From assembly GCF_001194135.2 (NCBI RefSeq), contig NC_069003.1, forward strand, positions 29,476,543 through 29,540,542: a stretch of DNA of 64,000 bases, in the 5' to 3' direction. Origin of the DNA: Octopus bimaculoides (Eukaryota). A model generated the notes under the pieces. It was not told the DNA's origin. It worked only from the letters and a program-made list of their open reading frames with translations, and ran no database searches. How positions within the stretch are numbered: the stretch's first letter is position 1; every line of letters begins with the position of its first letter. Both the position numbers and the translations under genes were made by a program. This document shows positions 14,155 through 25,949 of the stretch, piece by piece.

Positions 14155-14259
14155 CAGAACGTAAGAGAGCAAGACAAATGAAAAGATACAAAATATAAAG
14201 ATATATGATTAATCTTTTTATTTTGTATCTTTTCATTTGTCTTGCTCGCTTACGTTCTG
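14155..14259. repeat. Near-perfect 105-nt inverted repeat (48-bp stem, 2 mismatches, 9-nt loop)
   Basis: 14155-14202 cagaacgtaagagagcaagacaaatgaaaagatacaaaatataaagat pairs with 14212-14259. Confidence 0.95.
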
Positions 14260-14263
14260 ATAT

Positions 14264-14864
14264 NNNNNNNNNNNNNNNNNNNNNNNNNNNNNNNNNNNNN
14301 NNNNNNNNNNNNNNNNNNNNNNNNNNNNNNNNNNNNNNNNNNNNNNNNNNNNNNNNNNNNNNNNNNNNNNNNNNNNNNNNNNNNNNNNNNNNNNNNNNNN
14401 NNNNNNNNNNNNNNNNNNNNNNNNNNNNNNNNNNNNNNNNNNNNNNNNNNNNNNNNNNNNNNNNNNNNNNNNNNNNNNNNNNNNNNNNNNNNNNNNNNNN
14501 NNNNNNNNNNNNNNNNNNNNNNNNNNNNNNNNNNNNNNNNNNNNNNNNNNNNNNNNNNNNNNNNNNNNNNNNNNNNNNNNNNNNNNNNNNNNNNNNNNNN
14601 NNNNNNNNNNNNNNNNNNNNNNNNNNNNNNNNNNNNNNNNNNNNNNNNNNNNNNNNNNNNNNNNNNNNNNNNNNNNNNNNNNNNNNNNNNNNNNNNNNNN
14701 NNNNNNNNNNNNNNNNNNNNNNNNNNNNNNNNNNNNNNNNNNNNNNNNNNNNNNNNNNNNNNNNNNNNNNNNNNNNNNNNNNNNNNNNNNNNNNNNNNNN
14801 NNNNNNNNNNNNNNNNNNNNNNNNNNNNNNNNNNNNNNNNNNNNNNNNNNNNNNNNNNNNNNNN
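14264..14864. other. Assembly gap
   Basis: N-run. Confidence 1.
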
Positions 14865-14921
<57 letters not shown>

Positions 14922-15118
14922 TATATGTATGTTTGCATACACACACACATCGATAAGCATCGGATCAAATTGCAACAAACGTACGACTAATTAGCTAATT
15001 ACACTGACTAATTGACTAATTACACATGAGTTCCTAATCCTGACATTGATGCCTTCTACAGGCTATCAGTTGTTTGATTAGCCGTTCATTCAGAAAACAC
15101 CCATCTACTCCACACTAG

Positions 15119-15455
15119 TGGAGGCACATGGCCTTGTGGTTAAAGCAGCGGATACGCGAGCGAGAGATCACTGGTTCGAATCTCAGACCGGGCGATACGT
15201 GTGTTTATGAGCGAAACACCTAAGCTCCACGCGGCTCCGGCAGAAAGTGATGGCGAACTTCTGCTGACTCTTTCACCGCAACTTTCTCTGACTCTTTCAC
15301 CGCAACTTTCTCAGACTCTTTCCTCTTGCATCTAGCAGCTCATGTGAGATGGGCCGCCGTCCCGTCCAGGTGGGGAACCTATACGCCAATGAAACCGGAA
15401 AACCGGCTCTTATGAGCCGGGCATGGCGCGAGACGGAACAAATAACAGCATCAAC
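15119..15455 (+). mobile_element. tRNA-derived SINE family D, near full length, with an internal 24-bp tandem duplication
   Basis: A-box tggccttgtggtt, B-box ggttcgaatctc, CpG-rich body, 3' gaaaccggaaaaccggctcttatgagccgggcatggc then (AAC)-like tail; ctgactctttcaccgcaactttct repeated about 2.4 times from 15264. Confidence 0.8.
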
Positions 15456-16948
15456 ACTCCATCCTAGGCTATATGTGTATGTAATTATTGACCGCAGATA
15501 CAACCAATGTGCCTAAATGGAAATATACCTATGTAATCAGAGACAACACTATGTACACGGTATTCTTAATGTGATGTGGACTGAAGTCCCTTTGTTCTTT
15601 CGATATGGTATTGTATAATTGTATTCGTCACCTATTCTTCTACATAACATTCTTGTGTATGTGTGTCCGATGTATCTATCTGTACCTACATGGTTGCATA
15701 TTCGCGCATAGTTTTATACATATATTTGCTTATTCGTATACATTTATACAGATATGATAGTATCTATGTACAGAAATGTGTTTAAGTGAATATGTGGTTA
15801 TATAAACCTGTGAAGATACGCCAATAGACGTATGTTAACGTAACTATGTGCACACAATCGTCACATTTCACTAGACGGTGCAATTAGAGTAGAGTTAAGC
15901 TGTTATTCCTTGCAGTTCGAAAGACAATACAGAGTCCCGTGTTGGTGTTTGTGTTGATTATGTGAATGTTGGGCAATATATGCGTAGCAGACTATATGTA
16001 GATATGCATAAGTGCAAATCTATACCTTTGTTCATATACGTATCGAGCCATTCATGCATGCTGTGGTTGAACATCCGAGTGTGCATATATCTTTGTGTAA
16101 TGCTATCAATTTTCTGATTATCATATCGGGTATTTTATAATTTTCTGATAAACATCCTTTAGGTGACTGTCACTGTTTATGACAAACATCTTCCAGAATG
16201 AGTCAAATGTAAAAATGAGATAACTTGCAAATGGTGATAGAATTTCCATTACATGATTGTTTTGTGTCTATTATTTTTATCCAGAGGGATTAGTAAATTC
16301 ATATAGAAAGAAAATATTGTAAACCTTTAGGTAAAGCGTTGCTTTAAACGACGGTTGATCTACTATAATGTTTAATGTGCACATTCAGGACCTGGATATT
16401 ATCTCATATCTATAACCAAGTTCTCATATAAATATATATTTGCTGAAGCGCCGAGATTTTCATTCAATGTTCTATAATTGATTCACTGGAACCTCGTGGA
16501 TTCATAAATTTGATAGTGCTAATGTCAATTTATTTTAACTGCCATACAAGAGCTGACATAAACAAATTCCTCTGATGAATATTTAAAAGTACCACCCATT
16601 TATGTGGTTATAGCATAACACAATTTATGAATAACTATTAGCGAAGATGAGGCAACAGGGAACATATTAAGGATTCACTCTATGTGTTACAAGTATTTCA
16701 ACAGATATCTCTAAAATCAAACCCTATTTTTTGCTTTTAATAAAATGCAGGTATTGATTTCATAATGTAGTCCTAGAAGTTGTACTAGATGTCTCAAGAA
16801 ATAACACAAAAATTCCAATAGTAGAGCGCATTTTATTAATGGTCTCTCCGGTAAGATCAAATCTGTGTTTAATGGTAAGTGTTCGACATACATTTCAAGC
16901 TTCTAATTCTCTCATTCTACTAAACTTTATTTCTGTAACATATATTAA

Positions 16949-17175
16949 AACCTTTAGCATCTAAAGTGGTCATATCCGGCCAAAATAATCTACATGTTTT
17001 ATTTTGAATCCAGACCGATTCATCCTCTCACACCCACCCTACAATGTCATTCTAAAACTTAGTAATCATATCGATAAAATTTCGAAGTTACAACGTAATA
17101 CATGATTAATTCAAACAATGTGAATTAGAAAAAAAAAATCATTGCAGTTGACATCGTAATCTGAATGTTAAAAGG
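16949..17175. mobile_element. piggyBac-like MITE
   Basis: ttaa-aacctttagcat ... aatgttaaaagg-ttaa: degenerate TIRs with TTAA on both sides. Confidence 0.65.
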
Positions 17176-18613
17176 TTAAATGTGAACGGTACCTAGAAAG
17201 TTCACTGAGTATATATTCATTTAGGTATTCAAGGATGTGTTTGAGTAAATCCATTGTTTATAATATACCAAATAAAAAAGCAGAGTTAAATGCAATGATT
17301 ACGAAAAATTTTAAGGATCGGATTAACAGAAAACATGAAAGAGAAAGAAAGAAAAAAGAGGGAGAGAGAGAGAGCAGGCGGTTGATGGCAAGTCAACGAG
17401 TGTTAGTAGGCGATTGGTATAAGATGACGATGCCGCTGCTGGTGATGATTATGATGATGATGATGATGCAAAGCAACATTAAATAACGTGAAGCAATGTT
17501 AATGTCGGTGGTAATGAAATTCAGAGTGCAGAGATCTGAAACATCCACGACAATACTTTGCTATTACTTAGCGTAGTTCTGTCTTCATACTATATGACAA
17601 AATCTAATCTTGGTACGATGTCACCCAGTACTCTTTTGGTATGGCAGAGTACTGTAACATCGAGCCACGTCACAGCACAGTAATACCTTGTCCCGACACG
17701 ACACGACATATTAATATGCTTGTATGACAGTGCTTTCTACAACTAGCTTTTCATGACATCATATAGTAATGCCTTGTCTAACACTGAAATTGCTACAAAG
17801 TTAATAAAATCTATCGAAAATTTTAACATTTGTTGCATACTACTGAATATATCAAACGATTTCTATCGTAAAATGTGCAGAGAAGTGATATAAACCGAAA
17901 TTAACAGAACATAACCTCCATCACATTTCGCAGATAAGTTAAGAGATAAAACTGTGCAAGTTCTCATTTCGATGTCTTGAGAAAATACAAAGTCTCAAAA
18001 TTATTGCTTCCAGTTTCATTGAAAGAGAATAAGAAACATTCAAATTTTCCATTTGACCATTTATCTTTTCAGGATATACATTTAGTTTCAATGAACTTTC
18101 GGTAATTCTTCCACTATTTATTCATCATCTTCCGTAAAGTAGTGATGAAAAGAAGGTTTGTGCTTCGTGTTAATGAAGTTTTATCTTTAGTTTACATCAG
18201 ACAAGATAACCAGATTGTATTCTGAATAGAAAAATAAAATAAAATTTTTCGCAATAGCAAAATAAAATAAAGTTTATATTGCTCACATTTTATTGTAATC
18301 TTAGACGTTCTGTAATTTTTCCTTTGAGAATTACAATCATATTTTATCAGATCAACATTGCAAACATTGATGTCTTGTTTATTTACGTAAAGACACAAGA
18401 CTTCGTAGAAGGTATCACATTTTATATATTTTATATTGTTAATGGGCCAGAGGTCATTGGGCCAGTAATGAGACAGTTCTGTTGTTATCGCATTTTGTTA
18501 CTATTAGAGAGAAATCTTTACCCATCATTTTCCATCTACTTATATATCTATCTGTATGTCTATCTAACCAGCTAGCTATACATATAAATACGTATATATA
18601 TATATATATATAT

Positions 18614-19258
18614 NNNNNNNNNNNNNNNNNNNNNNNNNNNNNNNNNNNNNNNNNNNNNNNNNNNNNNNNNNNNNNNNNNNNNNNNNNNNNNNNNNNNNNN
18701 NNNNNNNNNNNNNNNNNNNNNNNNNNNNNNNNNNNNNNNNNNNNNNNNNNNNNNNNNNNNNNNNNNNNNNNNNNNNNNNNNNNNNNNNNNNNNNNNNNNN
18801 NNNNNNNNNNNNNNNNNNNNNNNNNNNNNNNNNNNNNNNNNNNNNNNNNNNNNNNNNNNNNNNNNNNNNNNNNNNNNNNNNNNNNNNNNNNNNNNNNNNN
18901 NNNNNNNNNNNNNNNNNNNNNNNNNNNNNNNNNNNNNNNNNNNNNNNNNNNNNNNNNNNNNNNNNNNNNNNNNNNNNNNNNNNNNNNNNNNNNNNNNNNN
19001 NNNNNNNNNNNNNNNNNNNNNNNNNNNNNNNNNNNNNNNNNNNNNNNNNNNNNNNNNNNNNNNNNNNNNNNNNNNNNNNNNNNNNNNNNNNNNNNNNNNN
19101 NNNNNNNNNNNNNNNNNNNNNNNNNNNNNNNNNNNNNNNNNNNNNNNNNNNNNNNNNNNNNNNNNNNNNNNNNNNNNNNNNNNNNNNNNNNNNNNNNNNN
19201 NNNNNNNNNNNNNNNNNNNNNNNNNNNNNNNNNNNNNNNNNNNNNNNNNNNNNNNNNN
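18614..19258. other. Assembly gap
   Basis: N-run. Confidence 1.
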
Positions 19259-19317
19259 GGCGTAGTGGTTAAGAGCGCGGGCTACTACAACATTCCCAGT
19301 TCGATTCCAGGCAGTGA

Positions 19318-19374
<57 letters not shown>

Positions 19375-19577
19375 TAATAATAATAATAATAACATCGAAA
19401 AATACCTTGGGAATGAGAACCCAGATTCGAAATTTTCCCCAAGATACCTGATGAAGGCTGGAGGGTATATCAGCCGAAACGTTGTATTAACGTGAGGACA
19501 AATATTCGTCAACTGTGAATAATGTAAATAATGTATACGATGTGCATAATTCCTCATCGCTTAAATATAGAACTGAG
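19259..19577 (+). mobile_element. tRNA-headed SINE-like element: head + (AAT)n + Penelope-like tail carrying a hammerhead motif
   Basis: A-box tagtggttaag and B-box agttcgattcc (19259-19321), (AAT)n 19322-19391, tail aacatcgaaaaatacctt...gaactg shared with 23180-23333 (-) and 24421-24608 (+). Confidence 0.8.
19443..19488 (+). ncRNA. Minimal type I hammerhead ribozyme motif, copy 1
   Basis: GATAC-CTGATGA-A-GGCTG-gagggtatat-CAGCC-GAAAC-GTT-GTATT: stem I GATAC/GTATT, core CUGAUGA, stem II GGCUG/CAGCC, GAAA, palindromic AACGTT in place of stem III. Confidence 0.65.
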
Positions 19578-19969
19578 TCATTTTCTTATTACCACCTGGC
19601 AAAAGATTATTTAAATCGATCATTTGCATTCATTGTTTTTTCATAAATTTTGAAAAAAAAAAATAGAGTAAATTATTCTCAAATAATCTTTCGCTGCTGC
19701 AATTTCAAGTCATGAAAAATGAAGAAATATCAAATATCTCCTTTTTTCAATGTACAATAAACTTCTGTTGTAATTGGTTGGAGATAATATAATATAATTT
19801 CTTGTATGAAATATTTAGAAACAAAACCTCATGTAAATATCACTTATTTTTTTTATTTAGCAGGTGAATTTTATAAACATCGAGCGTCGTAACTATATAA
19901 ATTGAAATACTGAACAGGCACATATAGAATTCACTGACGATATGTGCATCTCTAATCACGAGCAGAAGT

Positions 19970-20630
19970 AGTGGGGGAGATTAATAGCCATGCGCGGAGA
20001 GGAATTATTTGGAGTTTGAATTATACATCTCTGGAAACATGGGTTCTTCGTTCAACATTCTTAAACAACCATCTTCAGGGACCTCTTAAGTGGAGATGCG
20101 CGCAGAGAGACGAAACCGTTCTGCACGCACTCGTCCAGTGTCCTTGTGTTACTGATTTGTGGATTTATATTGAACAGTTGTTATCACGTGTAGGACGGAT
20201 CCGGCTATAGGCCGAGTCCATCGTGAAGATTGACTCATTGGTCCGAAACGGTAGCAATTTTCCTCTGTCTGATAGCAGTAGCGAAAGAGGTTGTATGCTG
20301 GACCTGGTTGAAACGATTGAAAACAGACACTTTTCTCTTTGGACAATCCCTCATCAACATTTTCAAATTTCACTTCGAAAGGAAGATGAAGGTGGAAAAA
20401 GAAGTGCTGCCTCCCAATAAATTTGCTGAAAAGTGGGTGAATGTAGCGAAAATGGCCTGTGTGAATGGATGTACTCTAATAATGAACCTGTAGGCTAGTA
20501 AATTTGAGAGGGAGAAGGGTGCTCTTCCTGGATGCCCTGGAAGCGTCGAGTGGTTCAGGATTGGTGGGGTACCTGAGCCAAGTCCAGGTGTTTACCCACA
20601 CCCCAAGGCAAACCTTCATTATTATATTCC
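19970..20630 (+). mobile_element. Tx1/L1-clade LINE 3' end (ORF2 zinc-knuckle region plus 3' UTR)
   Basis: CAQRDETVLHALVQCPCVTDLWIYIEQLL (C..C...ET+.H....CP.....W), then AIFLCLIAVAKEVVCWT...FAEKWVNVAKM*; frameshifts and stops. Confidence 0.75.
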
Positions 20631-20652
20631 TTTTGTTTGATATTATTATTTC

Positions 20653-20905
20653 TGAAATGTAACGTATCTGGAATGGTACAACAATGCAGAATGGACTATA
20701 ATGATTGTTATAGATAATTTAATTATTCATAGTCTAATATATTTCGGAATATGAAAATTCTTTCTTAAGATATTGCTAGCCATATCTGCAGAAAGAATCT
20801 TTATATTCTGAAATATTATATTAGACTATGAATAATTAAATTATTCATAAATGTTATTATAATCCACTCTGCATTGTTGTGCCATTCCTGACACGTTACA
20901 TTTCA
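20653..20905. repeat. Palindromic MITE-like element (arms about 115 bp, about 85% identical)
   Basis: tgaaatgtaacgtatctggaatggtacaacaatgcagaatgg... is inverse to ...ccactctgcattgttgtgccattcctgacacgttacatttca; the loop also pairs (agatat/atatct). Confidence 0.85.
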
Positions 20906-21054
20906 CAAGCAATACACAATGCTTCCAGTGAACTACTATACCATTTTATTATTGTTATTGTTTTTATTGTGTACTTGTTGTTTTGTGTAAAATCCCCTCA
21001 GGTCACGTCTGCTGTATTGTCCCCTATATATCGGCACTGGTGGCCAATAAACGA

Positions 21055-21092
21055 AATATTATTATTAATATTATTATTATTATTATTATTAT

Positions 21093-21142
<50 letters not shown>
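21055..21142. repeat. Compound (ATT)n-(AGT)n microsatellite
   Basis: Direct reading. Confidence 0.95.
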
Positions 21143-22841
21143 ATTGAGAGAGAGTATACCCATCCTCATGACTACCGGTCATAATGAGACGTTAACCATT
21201 TGCGCTGGAAGACTGAGGTAGAATTCAATACAACATGGCTAGTTGAAACTATGGGATTAGTTGAAAGTGGGATTAAAGGATGTGTATGTTTGTCAACATT
21301 GCAATACTTTCTGAAAGGAATACCTCCATATATGTGACAGAGAAGCTGACTAAGTAGCTAGTTAGAAAATCTCTATAAGATATGAAAGTAGTGATTAAAT
21401 TGAGAAGTAATGTTTATCGACTCTTTAATATAGCGGAAGGAAAGACATAGTCCATGACCCGTTACAGGGCCTCTGTGTGTGTTGGGAGAAAGTGAGAGAT
21501 GTAACCTTCAATGCTTGCTGCTGATCTAGTACTACGCCGGTCACGTCGACGAGTGTTCAAGTTGATACGATGAACAGAACAACTTGCTCGGGAAACGGAA
21601 CACACATGAACACACACAAAGACATGAACAAATACATACACGCTAACATACATAAACTCGTATACCAATTCAAAAATCAACTGACTACACCATACACACA
21701 CACACACACACACATACACACACACACACACGCATGAACATTCACACACATACATTCATGCATACATACGTAAATACATACATACATATATTCGTACGTA
21801 CGTATGTACACACATACATATACACACACATACACACACGCAAACACGCATACACACACATATGCGTAAAACTAGTTCTCAGATAGACTCAAAGCAGACC
21901 TTGAAGAATGGCGGTATTTCATTAATGAAGTCGCGAATAGCTACAAAATAACAGACAGAGAAAACTAATAACCGATCGATTGTTCAATAAATATATTTAA
22001 AAACCATTGAATAATTAGTTGGTATAATAAAGAATGGGTATTGTACCGGTGCATGTGTTTATTTAACATTTATTTGCATAATGACCTTTCCTAGACACGG
22101 CAAAATATTCATTGGAATTTTCAAACAATAGCATTCATGTAATTAATGAAAATAACATTTTGTTAACAGAAAGAAAAACTCATTATGAAATATACTCTTT
22201 ACCAAATGTATCTTTTGTTAAGATTATTAAATTTTCTCGCCATTTATGTTAGAATGTAAATTATATAATTTAAAATTATTTGCACTGAAATTTGAATCTA
22301 GTTTGTTACATTCCTCCTTTGTTTCGTTTTTGATGTGAATAACTAGTTCCGAAGCATTAAAAATCAATAAGTAAATAATTTTAGTTTATTTCTGAGTCAT
22401 GCATACATATGTATATACGCACGTACACATGTACACATGTACATGTGTATGTTATATTCTATGTATTATATATATATGCTCATTTTGTATATAAACAGAG
22501 TCATATATAAATATGACGTTGAAAATGCTATGAGATCCGTTATGATTTTTAAAGATTTAACCGGTTTCAAAGAGTTAAAGATTTTAAAATATAAGATCTA
22601 AACCAATTCCAGTGTATTTCAAACTTCTTTTTTTGTTTCTATATTTATATCTGTGCGGAATAAAATAATTTCTCTGAAACTTGACGAAGCCAATTTGCCT
22701 CTATAGTCTACTAGGTGGCTTCTTAACGACTTAGTACAAACTTTTCCGAGATTTTGGCAACGAATTTTTGAAAATATCTGAGGAGTTTGTTGGTTTGTTG
22801 ATACTCTAGATATATGTGCGTATGCACGTGTGCGTATATGC

Positions 22842-22893
<52 letters not shown>

Positions 22894-23179
22894 TCGTTTT
22901 GGGCAGCATTTTACAACTAAATTTTGACTGCATATTAATGATATTGATAAAGCTTTTTTAATGATATTTCTAGTCTTTATTAATGTTATGGTTTTTATAT
23001 TTCACGCTGTAATTAATGTTGATTTGATGTTTCAGACAACGAGTACTCCACAAGTAAAGGCACAGCTGAATATCGCCTAGAAGTCCTTCGTCCAACGAAT
23101 AGAACCCGTATGAGAACTTATTAACTATTTGTATATAAACTACACTATTTACTTCATATGTAAATATTTCAACAGTATC

Positions 23180-23333
23180 CAGTTCATTATTTACTTTATT
23201 TACATTTGACGGATATTTGTCCTCATCTTGTTTGTTAACACAACGTTTCGGCTGATATACCTTCCAGCCTTCATCAGGTGTCTTGGGGGAATTTCGAAAA
23301 TGGGTTCTCATTCCTAAGGTATTTTTCGATGTT
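23180..23333 (-). mobile_element. Hammerhead-bearing tail, copy 2
   Basis: Reverse complement of 19392-19577. Confidence 0.85.
23237..23282 (-). ncRNA. Minimal type I hammerhead ribozyme motif, copy 2
   Basis: GACAC-CTGATGA-A-GGCTG-gaaggtatat-CAGCC-GAAAC-GTT-GTGTT; stem I GACAC/GTGTT. Confidence 0.65.
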
Positions 23334-23359
23334 ACTATTATTATTATTGTTATTATTAT

Positions 23360-23699
23360 TCAGTAGTTTCACCTTTATAACGTGCTTTCACTTCACTACC
23401 GAGCGCAGCTCTGTGCGCCTTGGGTATGTGCTGTGGTTTGCTGTGGTGCTCTTATGTTTACTGTATTGAAAGTGTTTTGCGTAGAATGTGTGCAGTACCC
23501 AGTAGTGCAATTTTCTGTATGTTATATATATTTGTAAGTCCTGGTGTTTTTGTTATGTCCATGTTTTATATGTATGTGTTGTTGCGTTTTCGTTTTTTGG
23601 GTAGAGTACTGCTGTGAAATAGGCGTGTAGGATCGAAATGTGTTCCTCACGTGTCCATTTATGCCGTTTTGGTTTTGTTTGCGGGACATGAGGAACAAC
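23360..23699 (-). mobile_element. R4/Dong-like LINE 3' end, well preserved
   Basis: Minus strand ends NIQKIALLGTAHILRKTLSIQ* (stop at 23458-23460), then a short 3' UTR ending gaaactactg(aat)n. Confidence 0.8.
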
Positions 23700-24037
23700 N
23701 NNNNNNNNNNNNNNNNNNNNNNNNNNNNNNNNNNNNNNNNNNNNNNNNNNNNNNNNNNNNNNNNNNNNNNNNNNNNNNNNNNNNNNNNNNNNNNNNNNNN
23801 NNNNNNNNNNNNNNNNNNNNNNNNNNNNNNNNNNNNNNNNNNNNNNNNNNNNNNNNNNNNNNNNNNNNNNNNNNNNNNNNNNNNNNNNNNNNNNNNNNNN
23901 NNNNNNNNNNNNNNNNNNNNNNNNNNNNNNNNNNNNNNNNNNNNNNNNNNNNNNNNNNNNNNNNNNNNNNNNNNNNNNNNNNNNNNNNNNNNNNNNNNNN
24001 NNNNNNNNNNNNNNNNNNNNNNNNNNNNNNNNNNNNN
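23700..24037. other. Assembly gap
   Basis: N-run. Confidence 1.
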
Positions 24038-24367
24038 ATAAATTTCAATGAGTATTACTTACTCGGATATAGTCCAACCCTTTGTCAGCTATTTTTTGTA
24101 TATGGTGTTTGGGTTTGGGGATGGTCTGTATTTTGATGTAACACGTGTGTTTACGATCGCTGTTCGGGTAGTGGAGGTATCAAGTTAAAATACATCATTA
24201 TATTTGTAAAAATAGAGATAAATTTCAATGAGTATTACTTACTCGGGTATAGTCCAACCCTTTGTCAGCTATATTTGGGCTCCATGCGATGTCTTTATTT
24301 CCGATGTTTTTGGATAAGTTTCGGAGCAGTGATTTTCTTTCGGAGCAATCTTGGGGTTAGTAGCCCC

Positions 24368-24417
<50 letters not shown>

Positions 24418-24420
24418 CAA

Positions 24421-24608
24421 AACATCGAAAAATACCTTAGAAATGAGAACCCAGGTTCGAAATGTCCCCAAAGACACCTGATGAAAGCTGGGAGGTATAT
24501 CAGCCGAAACGTTGTGTTAACAACAAACAAGATGAGGAGACAAATATCCGTCAAATGTAAATAATGTAAATAATGCACATAATTCCTCATCTCTTAAATA
24601 TTGAACTG
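24421..24608 (+). mobile_element. Hammerhead-bearing tail, copy 3, preceded by (AAT)n 24369-24417
   Basis: Same tail as 19392-19577. Hammerhead motif at 24473-24518 has the first stem II pair broken (AGCTG/CAGCC). Confidence 0.85.
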
Positions 24609-24884
24609 CAGTATCCAGTTTATGCTGCAATTTTAATAATTTTTTTCTATTTGTATAACGACTTTGGTAGTCACCCTGTATATTTGATTATATAGAATAT
24701 ATCAGCAGTGTAGGCTAATTTTGCTAATCTCTCAGGTACTTGTTAATTGAACTAGCTGCCAAGAATACGCTATTTATGCAAATTATGTTAAAGTTGTTAA
24801 TAATGGCAGCTATAAATAAAATTTTATTGTGGAAATTAATAAGAGTTTGCTGATGGAAATACATGAAGCCATAAATAGTCCTTT

Positions 24885-25080
24885 CTCCTAAATGCACAAG
24901 GCCTGAAATTTGGTGGGAGGGGACTAGTTGATTAGATCGACCCCCAGTATTTCAGTGGTACTTAATTTATCGACCCGGAAAGGATGAAAGGCAAAGTCGA
25001 GCCCGGCGAATTCTAAAGTCAGAACGTAAGGACGGATGAAATGCCGCTAAGCATTTTGTCCGGCGTGCTAACTATTTTGC
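24885..25080 (-). mobile_element. SINE family A
   Basis: gcacaaggcctgaaattt...ggtacttaatttatcgacccggaaaggatgaaaggcaaagtcga...gccgctaagcattttg. Confidence 0.85.
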
Positions 25081-25949
25081 CTTTATAAAGTTATAAATAA
25101 TGCCATGTTAATATTGACTTGAAAAACCTCCTCGGAAAGAAAAACAGTGAAGACTGACTGATATTCGAACCTATGACTCCTGTACATATCATATATCTAC
25201 AGTGGTTGTGGGTGCGAGTTTCACATGCAGACTTCATATACACAAACTACAAAACACAAATGTCGTCTGACAACATAATTTCTCTGGATATTTCTTGACG
25301 AAGAGGTGTTAAGCACGAAATAATAAAATTCATACAATATAAAATTACAAACTACAGACTAATATTCTTCCTTATAAATTACATGGTTTCAGATATATAA
25401 AAAGAATAGAAACACTAATATATACCAGACAATCTATATCACACGCCAACACTCATACACACACGTGTTTATGCATGTGTCTAGCATTTAAATATATAAA
25501 TATGACGACTATGTAAACAAGTGATGGAATAAAAACAGTTCGTGGAGACAAAGGAAAATAATGAAAGAGAAAGGGACAATTGGAAGTTGAACGACACAAA
25601 CAAGAAGACATAAACATTTTAGACAGTAAAAATAAATGTATAAAAGTTGAAACAAGAACGATAGAGAAACGAAAAAAAAACGATGCAAAATGAATCATTT
25701 TTGTATTTTAACTTAATCGTAAATGAAACAATTAGTGTTATGTCAAGAGTAATCGTGTCTTGAAAAATAGCAAAAGTACAATTAAGCGAAAGAAAAACTG
25801 AATCCAAGAGCGACAAATGAGAAAGACAAAGTTGACGTATTCTCTTAATGATTTTCTTTTTATATACTGCGATATTTTCTAGCTTATTCTTTTATTCTGC
25901 CGCATTATTCTATTGTATCATATATTGGTTTTAACTTAAATTTTCTATT

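Noticed and set aside
19259-19321. tRNA gene (also at 1088, 15119, 43341, 53896)
   Set aside because: A and B boxes are present but there is no cloverleaf; each continues into a SINE body.
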